A stretch of DNA of 64,000 bases, taken from Octopus vulgaris. Lineage: Eukaryota. Position numbers and translations under genes: made by a program. Where the stretch lies: contig OX597831.1 in NCBI GenBank assembly GCA_951406725.2, forward strand, positions 1,612,001 through 1,676,000, written 5' to 3'. The notes beneath the pieces were generated by a model. The model was not told the origin of the DNA, searched no databases, and saw only the letters and a list, made by a program, of their open reading frames with translations. How positions within the stretch are numbered: position 1 is the stretch's first letter; the number at the start of each line of letters is the position of its first letter. Below, one piece after another: positions 1-11,310 of this stretch.

Positions 1-370
1 ATGAAAGCCAGTCCTTATTTTCGCATCTGTGAATTTAGTATTTGGAGCAGAGAAAATGCTTTTTCAAATGATTTTATGAAAAGTTTAAATTAAAGTAATA
101 GTATAATATATTTTAGAGGCGCAAAATCTTCAGTTTCATCATTCCAGTTTTTTCTCACCTGAACTTCGGAAGTTTTAGGTCATTATTGGGGCGGGGGTCG
201 TATCTCGAAGAATCCTTACCTGTGCATCCCTTTTAATATATGAAAACATATTCAGGTTATAGCAGAAGCAAAAGGTGGCACTAAATATTTAACATCACTA
301 AAACAATAATTAAATAACTAATGTTATCTTAAAGTAATGAGAGATATTTTCTTGTTCTCTAATGTCACTT

Positions 371-416
371 ACCTCGGGCTAAACATCAGAGAGTACTCTG
401 ATGTTTAGCCCGAGGT
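371..416. repeat. Perfect 21-bp inverted repeat (hairpin) with 4-nt loop
   Basis: ACCTCGGGCTAAACATCAGAG (371-391), loop AGTA, then its exact reverse complement CTCTGATGTTTAGCCCGAGGT (396-416). Confidence 0.95.
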
Positions 417-1274
417 CAGCAATCATTGAGTACACCTATGTATGATCAATCAAAGACATTCCAGCTGCGACAATCCCATCTTTTCAAATACAGTCAATCT
501 TAAATTGCTTTATTTAATATCTATTTATTTTCATTTCTATTTTCAGACGGTAGGGTATGCTAATAGAGAAATTTAGCTGATATTCGAACGACCACGCAGA
601 GCATCGCTCTTTTGACCTCGGGTCAATCCCAACGGCGAAAACCCATGAGCAAAAACGTTTCCACTATGACCTTTCTCTTGAGTGTTATGCAAGTTGCATT
701 GACTGTAAGCCATAAAAATACTTTTCTCTAGTATTAAAACTCGTTTCATTGCCCGACATGCACATATCACAAAGATTTCTCTCCGAACTTATAGCAGTCT
801 AAAAGTCCATCATGATGTTGTCAGGAACCCCCCCCCCAGCTCAGGTGCAACCATCATAAAAATAAAGATAAATTAATCATACTTTAATCGCATCTAAAGG
901 TGTAAGCAGCAAATAAACACTGGCTATAGGTGATATGTAACAGCCACAGAACCATAGCATACTCAGTCGTGTTCCGTGGGTTTACGATCGATTCAAGAAA
1001 CGCCTAACAAATACAGCTGGGTGTTCTACTTTGTTGTGTATCAAGTGCTTTCCCGGGGGTAGAAACATTCGGATATTTGTACATCGAACATCAGAGAAAG
1101 AGTTTACAGCTAACTGCTCTTCCCATAACGACCGACAGAATTAATCCTGTGTGGATATGATTAACTAAAGTCGTTTTGGACAACCAGAGTAATCTACCTT
1201 GCCTAAGGAATTTCACTACAGTCTGCACGCATAAATCATGCGAAATAACGCCATACACTCTGCGTGTGTGTGTA

Positions 1275-2482
1275 CAGGGTGCGTAAGATATTGAGGCCAG
1301 ATTTATGTTTATAAAAAAAAAACAGATAATAACTTCATTTATCAAAAAATGCTACGAGTATAAAAATAAACCTTTTCTATAATGTTATTCAATAAAACTA
1401 CCTTCAGCTTCAACTACTGCTTCTATATGAGATCTAAATGATCTACATGCTCGAATCAAGTGGTCCTAGTTCATTTTGGACATTACTTTGACTATAACAA
1501 CTTTCACAGAATCGTTGGTGCTATGGGCGTGTTCATTGACTTCTCTCTCAACAACGCTCCGCATGTAATAGATCTGGGGAAATAGGAGGCCAAATGTTAG
1601 GGATTATGTGATCATGAAAATTCTCAGCCATGTGTGATAGTGCAGAGTCTTACTGAAACACACATTGTCTTCCATTGCATACACTGTTTATCCAAGGCTT
1701 AACAATTATTTCCAGGACCTCAATATAGGCAGCAGAGTTAACTCTAAGGCCTTGTGGAAAGAAGTAAGGAGGCATCATATGTGCTTCATTGCTGACAACC
1801 CCTAAAACCATGACAGTTGCAGGAAATTTTGTACACATAACGTTTGGAACTTCAGAAGGGTTCTGCACATAACTATCCGTCATTTCTTCTGTTAACTTTC
1901 TGATCTTGGTCAAAGATTTTCTCGTTTGAGAAAAACCAAATCAAATCTTCTGCTGGGTTTTTCAGTTTGTTTAAGGGCCTTTTAGATCTGATGTAGTGAT
2001 TTTCTTTTGCTTTTTCTGACAAATTGACCTTTCTTCACCATACAAGACTTATATTTGATGTCTTCGTGGACAACATTTCTGACTGATCCTTGACACATGG
2101 AGATGTTTTACAATTGACCTCATGGACTTTCTGGTATTGTAATCAATGGCCTGTTGAACTTGTTGGATAAATTCATGTGTTCTGATGATTTCAGAGTGTT
2201 TAGAATGCGTTTTATGCTTTGATACTGGTGATACATTTCCATCTTCAGTCTCTAGCTCCTTACAAACCTTGTAGACGAAAGATCTGGCAATTTTTAAAAA
2301 TCAAAATATTTCTAAATCACTATGCACAACCTTTAGAACCACAATAACAGTATGCCTCTTCATTTCTTGAGTAAGCTGAAGGTCTGCTATTACTATTTTC
2401 TGGAACAAAGATTATTCAGAGTTATCAAAAAATGCAGCAATGATCCAAAAAAGGTATGTCCTCAAATACCTTACACACCCTG
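1275..2482 (-). mobile_element. Decayed Tc1/mariner-superfamily DNA transposon
   Basis: TA-flanked imperfect TIRs (TA|CAGGGTGCGTAAGATATTGAGG ... CCTCAAATACCTTACACACCCTG|TA). The minus-strand ORF 1650-1913 reads TKFPATVMVLGVVSNE...YIEVLEIIVKPWI...VFQ, and a downstream WPPISPDL motif lies near 1575-1597. The frame is broken by stops and frameshifts. Confidence 0.88.
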
Positions 2483-2521
2483 TATATATATGAATACACA
2501 CACACGTGGTATGTATGTATG

Positions 2522-2553
<32 letters not shown>

Positions 2554-3094
2554 TATATATATATTTCAAAGAATGAGTAGAGATGGCTTTTCTGAGGGGA
2601 TAATTTTTGTTTTAATCTTAATAATAATGTTTACAGTGAGTTACTATGATATGAATTTCAAACTTCAAGTAGCCATTTTCAAACTGAAAATTGTATGTTT
2701 TACTGGTTGCTTAAATAGAAAAAAATTTTTTTTTACAAGTATACATACAAAAAAATATCAGGAATTGTATGCCATATGTGGTGAAGAAGATTCTCAAAAA
2801 TCTTACTCCAAATAACAGCATACAAGAGAGAGAAAGACAGGGCTTGAGAAAGAAACATTTCTTCTGATTCTCTGTGTTCTGAATTCAAATCCTGCTGAGG
2901 TCAACTTTCAGGGATTGATAAAATAAAGTACCAGTTGTTGTCAAGTATTGGGTTTGATGTAATGAATTTACCCACTCCTCTCAAACATGTTGGACTTCTG
3001 CCAAAATTAGAAATATATATATATAAACTTCATTATTACAAATTATATATCCCATCATTTTCATCATCATCACTACCACCACCACAACCACCAC

Positions 3095-3290
3095 CATCAT
3101 CATCATCAATTAACGCCTATTTTCCATGCTGGCAAGGACTGGATAGTTTGAACAGAGAAGGCCAGCAGTAGAGCAGCTCCAAGTTCTACTCATTTGGCTT
3201 GGTTTCTATGGCTGGATGCCCTTCCTAATGCCAACCACTTTACTGAGGGTGCTGGGTGCCTTTTATGTGGCACTAGCATGGGTGCTTACA
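3095..3290 (-). mobile_element. SINE-like family D (GAT-tailed), 3' part
   Basis: Reverse complement of the GTGGTTGGCGTTAGGAAGGGCATCCAGC...CCATGCTAGCATGGA...GTTAAACGATGATG 3' end seen at 7380-7560 and in about 10 other copies. Confidence 0.8.
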
Positions 3291-3317
3291 CACACACTCA
3301 CACGCACACATGCACAT

Positions 3318-3350
<33 letters not shown>

Positions 3351-3356
3351 TACACA

Positions 3357-3870
3357 TTCAGTTGTCAGATAATTCATTCATTTCATTCCAATGCAATTTG
3401 AATTAACACAGCGTTTTATGGTTTATTTTGTAGTCCTATTTTACTTCTACAGCTTCTGTTAATTGTTTTTAAAATTATGATGATAGAGTGCCAAGTAGAA
3501 AAAAAATGGGCATTTTCAATACCTGTAACTTTTTGCTTTTAATCAAGGTTCCAGAGCTGCGAAGCTCGGTTGAAATGCTCACACCATATTATCTTTATGT
3601 AGTACCTTAAAATTATCACTATTTTCAGCTGCTTTCCAATAGTCTGTAAAGTACTTTGTTCAAAAATGATGTAAAAAAAAAAAACTCAAAAACGTGGCTC
3701 AATGAATTTCTCCTTTGAGCCAAGATTTCTACTGTCAAAGCTGGACAAGCTAGTAGAGTGACGGCAAGAAGTTGTGAATATATTATTGACTGATTTGTTA
3801 AAACTGTTGATGAGAAATAAAGATTAAAATAAATGGAAAAAAAACCTATAAAGTTTATCTGACAACCCAA
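3357..3870 (+). mobile_element. Internally deleted mariner relic
   Basis: The ends GTTGTCAGATAA (3361) and TTATCTGACAAC (about 3855-3866) are inverted. 3479-3570 encodes a frameshifted mariner-like N-terminus (ECQVEK..HF...LFAFNQGS). Confidence 0.55.
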
Positions 3871-4364
3871 TACATACAAACATACATACATACATACATA
3901 AGCTGTGTTCAAAAAGTATCCAACTTTATTTTTTTTCACCAAAACTAATGCCACATGGGCAAAATCCTTTGGGTAGGAGGTGATGCCATCCTTCCTGTGC
4001 ATGTATGAAAGTTTTCTCCACTGGATACGGTGGGGATTTATCTCCTAGCTAGCAATAAACACAAGAGTGCATTTGGCACCAAAAGTCAATATGAGAGTTA
4101 CTCTCATGGTATCAAATGCTATGTAGTTTGTTCTAATTGGAACATCCACGTTTAAGAGGGGACAAATATTACCTCTCAGTATTAATACTAGTATATGTCA
4201 CCAATATATATTTTCTAAGAAGCTCACTGAGGAATCGCAACACCAGCAGCTGTTCAGGCACTGTTTTTCTATATACTGCTGGTGGGGAGATGAGTTGCAG
4301 CTATCTTTAGTGGTTGAACATCCATTATTGACAAGACCAAAGAAGGTCAAACCGCACATCACCT

Positions 4365-5706
4365 GTCAACTATCGCCCAGTCAGTCTCACTAGCTGTATT
4401 GCAAAACTGATGGAATCGTGTGTCAGAGAAACACTCTGGAACTTCTGGAGCTCTCACAGTCTCATCCGACCCTCACAATATGGATTTGTCCCTAACTCCA
4501 GCTGCAGTGACCAGCTTGTCGAGTTCCTTGAGGACATTACTCAGATTACTGACAGTGGCTCATGGGTGGATGTTGTCTACCTTGACTTTGCTAAGGCTTT
4601 CAACTCTGTGCCACACAAAAGGCTTATGGTGAAACTCTCTGCAATGGGTGTGGGGGATGACCTTTTTAACTGGTTGAAATCCTTCATCCTCAGCCGAAAG
4701 GAGGTAGTCACAGTTCTAGGACAGCACTCTACACCATATGAGATGTCATCGGGTGTACCACAGGGATCTGTCCTTGGCCCCCTCTTGTTTGTGGCATACA
4801 TTAACGACATAGATGCCAATTTAAAGAATGCCACAGTATTGAAATATGCAGACGACATCAAGCTGTACCTTGAAATCAAGAGGACAGATCCTGATGTCTA
4901 CAACTCTTTCCTGCAATCAGACCTAGACACAATGCAGCAATGGATCACAGACTGGCAACTGAAACTGGCTGTGGACAAGTGTACCACCATGCATTTTGGG
5001 AGAAAAAACCCTGCGTTCACATACTCCCTCCACAACACTGATATCAAGAAATCCTCTTGCGAGCGTGACCTAGGCATCACTGTCAGCAATGATTTGCGTT
5101 GGTCAAAGCATATCTCTAAGATTGTCAGGAAGGCCGAGGGTGTCTTGGCATCACTCAGCAGGTCTTTTGTTAGCCGCTCTCCAGCCATCTATTTAAAACT
5201 GTATACAGCTATGGTACGACCACACTTGGAATTCGCATCATCAGTTTGGAACCCCTATCTTGCACAGAACATTGACCTCCTGGAATCTGTCCAGAGACGT
5301 GCAACCAAACGCATACCCTCCATCAGACACCTACCATATTCTGAGCGCCTTGTTTCCCTGGGCATGGATTCTCTGAAGCTCCGGCGTTTGGCGACGGACT
5401 TGGTAAACACCCACAAAGTTATCAACCACCTCACCAACAACAACACTGAACACCTTTTTGATCTCCATGTGTCTAACACACGTGGACATGCCTACAAAGT
5501 CAGAAAACAATACAGCTCCCATGACTTTCGGAAACATTTTTTCACGCTCAGAGTTGCTGAAGCATGGAATAAACTGCCTGCGTCAGTTGTTGACTGCCAT
5601 GACACTGCATCTTTTAAGGCCCTCATGCTTTCCGAAATCCGCCGAAACTTCACCTGATTATATATACACTTTAGATGAGTTGTAGTGCACCTGAGCACTG
5701 TACACA

Positions 5707-5760
<54 letters not shown>
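4365..5760 (+). mobile_element. 5'-truncated CR1/L2-group LINE retrotransposon with (TTA)n tail
   Basis: The frame opens at NYRPVSLTSCIAKLME, continues through the RT and a C-terminal NTRGH.YK...FFT.RV...WNKLP region typical of CR1/L2-group ORF2, then a short 3'UTR and an (ATT)n tail at 5707-5760. Confidence 0.92.
4410..5657 (+). CDS. LINE ORF2 reverse transcriptase (endonuclease domain missing)
   Basis: 415-aa uninterrupted ORF with RT motifs QYGF, YLDFAKAFNSV, SGVPQGSVLGPLLF, YADD and ERDLG. Confidence 0.9.
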   Translation: MESCVRETLWNFWSSHSLIRPSQYGFVPNSSCSDQLVEFLEDITQITDSGSWVDVVYLDFAKAFNSVPHKRLMVKLSAMGVGDDLFNWLKSFILSRKEVVTVLGQHSTPYEMSSGVPQGSVLGPLLFVAYINDIDANLKNATVLKYADDIKLYLEIKRTDPDVYNSFLQSDLDTMQQWITDWQLKLAVDKCTTMHFGRKNPAFTYSLHNTDIKKSSCERDLGITVSNDLRWSKHISKIVRKAEGVLASLSRSFVSRSPAIYLKLYTAMVRPHLEFASSVWNPYLAQNIDLLESVQRRATKRIPSIRHLPYSERLVSLGMDSLKLRRLATDLVNTHKVINHLTNNNTEHLFDLHVSNTRGHAYKVRKQYSSHDFRKHFFTLRVAEAWNKLPASVVDCHDTASFKALMLSEIRRNFT

Positions 5761-5761
<1 letters not shown>

Positions 5762-5929
5762 TGTGACCTGGTGGCGTCAGCACTGGAGATGGCAGGGATT
5801 TATCTCCCCTCTTGTAATATAAACAAGACTGGATTTTGCACCAAAAGCCAATATTGAGAGTTTTTTTCATGGTAGGCTACTACAGTATAATTTGTTCTAA
5901 TGGAAAATCCACATTTAAGTGAAGATAAA

Positions 5930-6027
5930 TATGTATGTGTGTGTGTTATATTAGATATATATATATATACATACACACGTCTGTACACACAAACACACAC
6001 ACACACACACATACATACATATATATT

Positions 6028-6078
<51 letters not shown>

Positions 6079-6152
6079 CATATATATATATATATACATA
6101 CATATATATATATATATATATACATACATATATATATATATATATACATACA

Positions 6153-6194
<42 letters not shown>

Positions 6195-6262
6195 CATACA
6201 TATATATATATATATACATACATATATATATATATATATATACATATTCACACATATATATA
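5930..6262. repeat. (TA)n/(TACA)n/(CA)n compound microsatellite
   Basis: Direct reading; it accounts for the YIYI-type spurious ORFs. Confidence 0.95.
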
Positions 6263-7154
6263 AAATGTTTGTTTTTATGTCAGGTTTTATCATTAAGGTG
6301 AAGCATTATACAACACTTTTTAGTAGAGTACATATTTATTAACTCTTGCAAAGAAAAAATTCACAGTGACTTCATAGCTTTGGATTGCTCACCTCCCTCA
6401 GACTGTACTTTATTTCGGTTCTTTTTGGTTTAATATGTTTGGAAAGTTGTTATTTTTATGTAGATGAAGCTATGTAAATGATAATTAAATATGGTGTCGG
6501 CAGAGCGGGGAAGAGGTTGTTAAGGAAAGCATGGTTGTGGAATATAGGGAAAATGCATGCAGTTACAGGTGAGGTGAGTTGATAGAAAGCCATGGTGAAG
6601 AGATTTATTTTGGTTTGTGTTGTGATGAGAGTCATGACACCCCCTTGCAAGAAATAGACTGGACTGGGTGATTATAAATAGTAGCGGTTGGACTGAAGTT
6701 TGTGTGTTAGTTTGAGTTGAGTTCACAGTGAAGTCGGGAGGTGTTGGTTGGTTTAGTTCATTTGGAATATCGATTGTTGTTTTATGAAGAGACTGTTGGA
6801 TCATTATCTTGTTTACTGTTACAATACTGGTACTGTGTATCTACATACATACAGGCATACATACATACATACATGCAAAAATACAAGTATGTATTTTTGG
6901 GGTTTAACACTTGGGTTTAATTTGGAGTTTAACAGTTTGTTCTCAAATATGAGTTCTTAGTCACTAAGAACTCAAATATGGGTACAAACTGTTAAACCCC
7001 AAATTTTCTTTTCTCTCTGACTTCCTCAAATTTTTCTTCTAATACTTGATAAGATAACAAAAATATTAAACATTCTCTAAAATATGCTTCTGTGCCTTTT
7101 CCAACTTTATTTACTTTTTAATAATAATAATAATATATATATATATATTGTACA

Positions 7155-7562
7155 TAAAAAGCACTATCCGAATCGTGGCCGATACCAGCGCCGCTTCGAC
7201 TGGCTTCCGTGCTGGTTGCACGTAAAAAGCACCATCCGAATCGTGGCCGATGCCAGTGCTGCCTCGACTGGCTTCCGTGCCGGTGACACGTAAAATGCAC
7301 CAAGCCGACTGTGGCCGTTGCCAGCCTCGCCTGACACCTGTGCAGGTGGCACGTAAAAAGCACCCACTACACTCACGGAGTGGTTGGCGTTAGGAAGGGC
7401 ATCCAGCTGTAGAAACATTGCCAGATAAGACTGGAGCCTGGTGCAGCCTTCTGGCTTCCCAGATCCCCGGTCGAACCATCCAACCCATGCTAGCATGGAG
7501 AACGGACGTTAAACGATGATGATGATGAAGATGATGATGATGATGAAGATGATGATGATGAT
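7155..7562 (+). mobile_element. SINE-like family D with internal ~60-68 bp tandem units and (GAT)n tail
   Basis: Three units starting AAAAGCACCATCCGAATCGTGGCCG, then a conserved 3' end and (GAT)n. Homologous copies: 23870-24110(-), 27855-27998(-), 33975-34220(+), 37410-37600(-), 43790-44217(+), 47113-47220(+), 47743-48120(-), 48405-48556(+), 62750-63107(+). Confidence 0.85.
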
Positions 7563-7826
7563 GTGTCTAGAGAAAGTCATGTCAATACTATTAACACATG
7601 CACTGGTCTAATTCCTTAGTCAATTGGTGTTAAATATCCAACTGACTAATTGATTGTTTAATTTGCTTAACCAGTAAGTCAAAAACAAATGATTTACAGT
7701 TTAACCAAATTAAACAAACAGTTGATTAGTTAATTGGATATTTAACCAATTAACTAATAATAAAGGAGTGGAATTGAACCAGTGGATGTGTTAATAATAT
7801 CAGCATAATGACTCTCTCTAGACACA
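7562..7826. mobile_element. Foldback MITE-like element (~265 bp, largely palindromic)
   Basis: TGTGTCTAGAGA...CTATTAACACATGCACTGGT pairs with ACCAGTGGATGTGTTAATA...TCTCTAGACACA. The inner halves (TTAAATATCCAACTGACTAAT / ATTAGTTAATTGGATATTTAA) also pair. Confidence 0.8.
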
Positions 7827-7904
7827 ACAAAATTTGTTTCAACACTCAAATTTACATAACGAATCTTGCAAACCAGATACAAAAATGAAGTATATATATA
7901 TATA

Positions 7905-8270
7905 GGATCTTTACCTTTTGACCTATAGATTTAAAAAATAATTTTTCGTAACTAAACACTTTCAAACTTTGGACACTGGTAGAATGTGTCATATAAAACA
8001 TCTTTTACTCTTAGCATTTTTGAGAAAAACTTATATTTACGAAGTTATTTCACGTTAGAGTTCTTGTATTTCAGTAATTTAAACCAATCAATGACGTGTA
8101 TTCAGCTGAATAGAATTATTGCCGTTGTTTGTCAACAACAACTATCGGCAGTGTATTTTTCGTTTGTCACTGTTATTTATGACATCATTCGTGCATTTGT
8201 ACAGGTTTTAAGGTTTTAGGGTTAGGGTTTTAGGGCTAGGGTTAGGGTTAGGGTTAGGTTTAGGGTTGGT
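7905..8270. mobile_element. One-ended GGATC-type MITE ending in a (TTAGGG)n tract
   Basis: The 5' ~150 bp are homologous to the reverse complement of the right end of the complete element at 41411-41821 (shared ACTGGTAGAATGTGT..ATAAAACATCTTTT). Degenerate TTAGGG repeats occupy 8216-8267. Confidence 0.7.
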
Positions 8271-8670
8271 CCAGGAAACTTGATGGTAAAATCATCTTTT
8301 TTTGTCTGTACATGCTTCTTCAGTTAACGTCATCATCACCATGAATGTCATTTTAAAGTTCCCTTTTGTGGCATGGTCCCTTCTAATAAAATATCTCACT
8401 TTTCTCTACAATCCTCTTTCCTCTCTGTTTTGTAGTTGAGACTAGCTTTCACCAGTTCTCATGAATTTGTCAATCAAATTCCTCCACAAGTTCCTTCCAC
8501 TGGGATTGCTTAGCACTTCTTTACTCAACTGACATCCTTCATATGCATCATATATCCATACTGTGCAGTTTTTCGCTTGCACACAGCATCTAACTCCTCC
8601 CATCCCTAGAGTTAATCTCATCTCATTTGTTCTTTGTCACACACACACACACATGTATGTATGTATGTAT

Positions 8671-8866
8671 CCTTTACTTGTTTCAGTTATTAGACTGTGG
8701 CCATGCTGGGATACTGCCTTGAAAAGTTTTTTATAGTCAAATGTATTGATGCCAGTACTTATATTTTATTTAACGCTGGTACTTTTTCCATGAATTTCTT
8801 TTACTGAATTGCTAAGTTATGGGGACATAAATACACCAACACTGGTTGTCAAGTGGTGGTTGGAGA

Positions 8867-8897
<31 letters not shown>

Positions 8898-9292
8898 CAC
8901 ACTTATATATGTACACATATGTATATACGACAGGCTTCTTTTAGTTTTTGTCTACCAAATCCACTCACAAGGCTTTTATCAGCTTGAAGCTATAATAAAA
9001 GACACTTGCCCAAGGTTCCATGCAGTGGGACTGAACCCAGAACCATGTGGATGGGAAATAGGCTTCTTATTTCTTTACTGCTCACAAGGGGCTACATACA
9101 GAGGGGACAAACAAAGACGGACAAATGGATTAAGTCGATTATATCGACCCCAGTGCATAACTGGTACTTATTTAATCGACTCCCAAAAGGATGAAAGGTA
9201 AAGTCGACCTCGGCTGAATTTGAACTCAGAACGTAGCGGCAGACGATTCTGCCAGCTCGGCGCCTTTCTTACCACACAGCCATGCCTACACC
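8671..9292 (-). mobile_element. tRNA-derived SINE family A with a nested family B SINE (9063-9265)
   Basis: Reverse complement of the family A consensus (see 10088), interrupted near its head by a family B copy flanked by TTCTTA on both sides. Confidence 0.85.
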
Positions 9293-10004
9293 TATATGTA
9301 TTTATGTGCCTGTACATGTCTATTTGAAGATTTTGCTTAGGCCTAGTGATACTAATAACCTAGTGTTTGCACTCAATATACATATGCTTCAGAATAACGT
9401 GTCAGGTGAGTACAGAGCATAATATGAAATTAGATAAATGACAAGAGATCAGGAATTACATAATGAACTTCATTAGCTTACAGCTGTTTCTGTAATAAGA
9501 TTCAGTATACTCAGAGCCAAGTGCTTGTGCATCATCTTATATGTAGTTAGAGAGAGAGAGAGAGAGAGAGAGAAACAGACAGACAGTTAGACATAGAGAC
9601 TGACAGATACACATAGACAGACAGAGTCACAGACACAAATATTCAGATAGATAGATAGATGTTAGGCTTTATTGATATATTACAATATTTAAAGATTTTG
9701 GAATTATTGTATAGGCTGAAGCTGTCTTAAACTGTATAATAGGCACCTGGGTCTATAATGCATGGTGAGGATGGTCCTACACAAAATCATTCAAAAATTT
9801 GCATTGAACTCCCTCCTTGATCAGTGGTGCCTCTGGACGACTATTTAGTGTGTCTGTGCATTAGAATAGCACCAAGTGAAACATTTTTAATCATGGGTTT
9901 ACTGGATTAGCAACAACCTGGGGTTGAAGAACATGAATGTGACAGCAGCAGTGGAATTGAACTCCTGATGTATGAGTTGGTAGAGACAAAGAAAGTTTGA
10001 ATGG

Positions 10005-10055
<51 letters not shown>

Positions 10056-10087
10056 GTGTTGAGTAATGAGTGAAATAAATTGAAAGA

Positions 10088-10500
10088 ATGAGTGGCTGTG
10101 TGGTAAGTAGCTTGCTAACCAACCACATGGTTCCGGGTTCAGTCCCACTGCGTGGCATCTTGGGCAAGTGTCTTCTGCTATAGCCCCGGGCCGACCAATG
10201 CCTTGTGAGTGGATTTGGTAGACGGAAACTGAAAGAAGCCTGTCGTATATATGTATATGTATATATATATATGTATGTGTGTGTTTGTGTGTCTGTGTTT
10301 GTCCCCCTAGCATTGCTTGACAACCGATACTGGTGTGTTTACTTCCCCGTCACTTAGTGGTTCGGCAAAAGAGACCGATAGAATAAGTACTAGGCTTACA
10401 AAGAACAAGTCCCGGGGTCGATTTGTTCGACTAAAGGCGGTGCTCCAGCATGGCCACAGTCAAAATGACTGAAACAAGTAAAAGAGAAAAGAGAAAGAGA
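10088..10500 (+). mobile_element. tRNA-derived SINE family A (most abundant repeat in the window)
   Basis: Head GAGTGGCTGTGTGGTAAG (A box) ... GGTTCAGTCCC (B box), CORE-like TTGGGCAAGT, an internal TA/TG microsatellite and a GAAACAAGTAAAAGAG tail. Other copies: 20805-21115(+), 29517-29945(+), 29960-30290(+), 43665-43785, 44650-45070, 45310-45460(-), 52458-52822(-), 53045-53467(-), 54175-54567(+), 55245-55720(+), 57572-57941(+), 59313-59712(+), 63140-63295(-). Confidence 0.9.
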
Positions 10501-10628
10501 AGAGTGGAAGTGAGAAAGGCAGAAGAAAAAGACAGATTGATAGATTGGTAGGCAGACAGACTAGATAAGAGAGATATATAGAAAGATACAAGGTGGTATC
10601 AAAAATTTCCCAAACTAATTCTGTAGTG

Positions 10629-10931
10629 TGTGGAGGCACATGGTCTAGTGGTTAGAGCAGCAGACTCGCGATCGAGGGATCGTGCGTTCGAATCTCAGAC
10701 TGGGCAATGTGTGTGTTTATGAGCGAAACACTTAAGCTCCATGAGGCTCCGGCAGAAGGTAATGGTGAACTTCTGCTGACTCTTTTGCCGCAACTTTCTC
10801 TCACTCCTTCCTTCTGCATCTTGCAGCTCACCTGCGACAGACTGGCGTCCCATCCAGGTGGGGAACCTATACGCCAAGGAAACCAGGAAACCAGCCCTAA
10901 TGAGCCAGGTGTGGCTTGAGAAGGAACAAAC
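10629..10931 (+). mobile_element. tRNA-derived SINE (family C) with 12-bp target-site duplication
   Basis: A box TGGTCTAGTGG, B box GTTCGAATC, and TSD AATTCTGTAGTG at 10617-10628 and 10932-10943. Confidence 0.9.
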
Positions 10932-11310
10932 AATTCTGTAGTGCACCAACTGATTGCAGCAACCAGTTGCATGTGCAGTGAGAGGTAGCAGTGACCTTCA
11001 TGAGGCAGTGTGCCGAGGGACATCACTGTGTTTACTTTGCAAGTTGTGAAATTTGTGTTTTTGTGATCACATGTATGATGTAAGTCTGTGATTTTGTCAT
11101 GGACAGAAACAAAAGCCAACGTGAAATTCTGCCTTAAACTTGGGAAGTCTGCTACAGAGAGACATTGAGCATGCTTCGGCAAGCTTACGGCAATGAGGCA
11201 ATGGGTTGTACACAATGTTTCAAGTGGTGCAGGCACTTCAAAAGTGGAAGAACATCTCTGGAAAATGATGAGCGATCTAGAAGATCTGCCACAAGTGTTA
11301 CCCTTGGAAA

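Noticed and set aside
150-375. Three minus-strand splice-donor-like sites (CAG|GTGAG, CAG|GTAAG, GAG|GTAAGT)
   Set aside because: No associated recognisable coding frame; an exon cannot be supported without transcript data.
1085-1245. Possible C/D-box snoRNA on the minus strand (ATGATT...CTGA)
   Set aside because: Box C is imperfect, the terminal stem is only about 3 bp and I recognise no guide sequence; an Rfam scan would be needed.
6370-6810. Possible Penelope 3' relic (LN...CRH-like end) on the minus strand
   Set aside because: Too degenerate to support by eye; the matching residues fall in different frames.
9891-10323. Recurrent ORFs such as YQIHSQG...EDTCPRCHAVGLNPEPCGW
   Set aside because: Antisense translations of SINE family A that recur wherever the SINE does; not a gene family.
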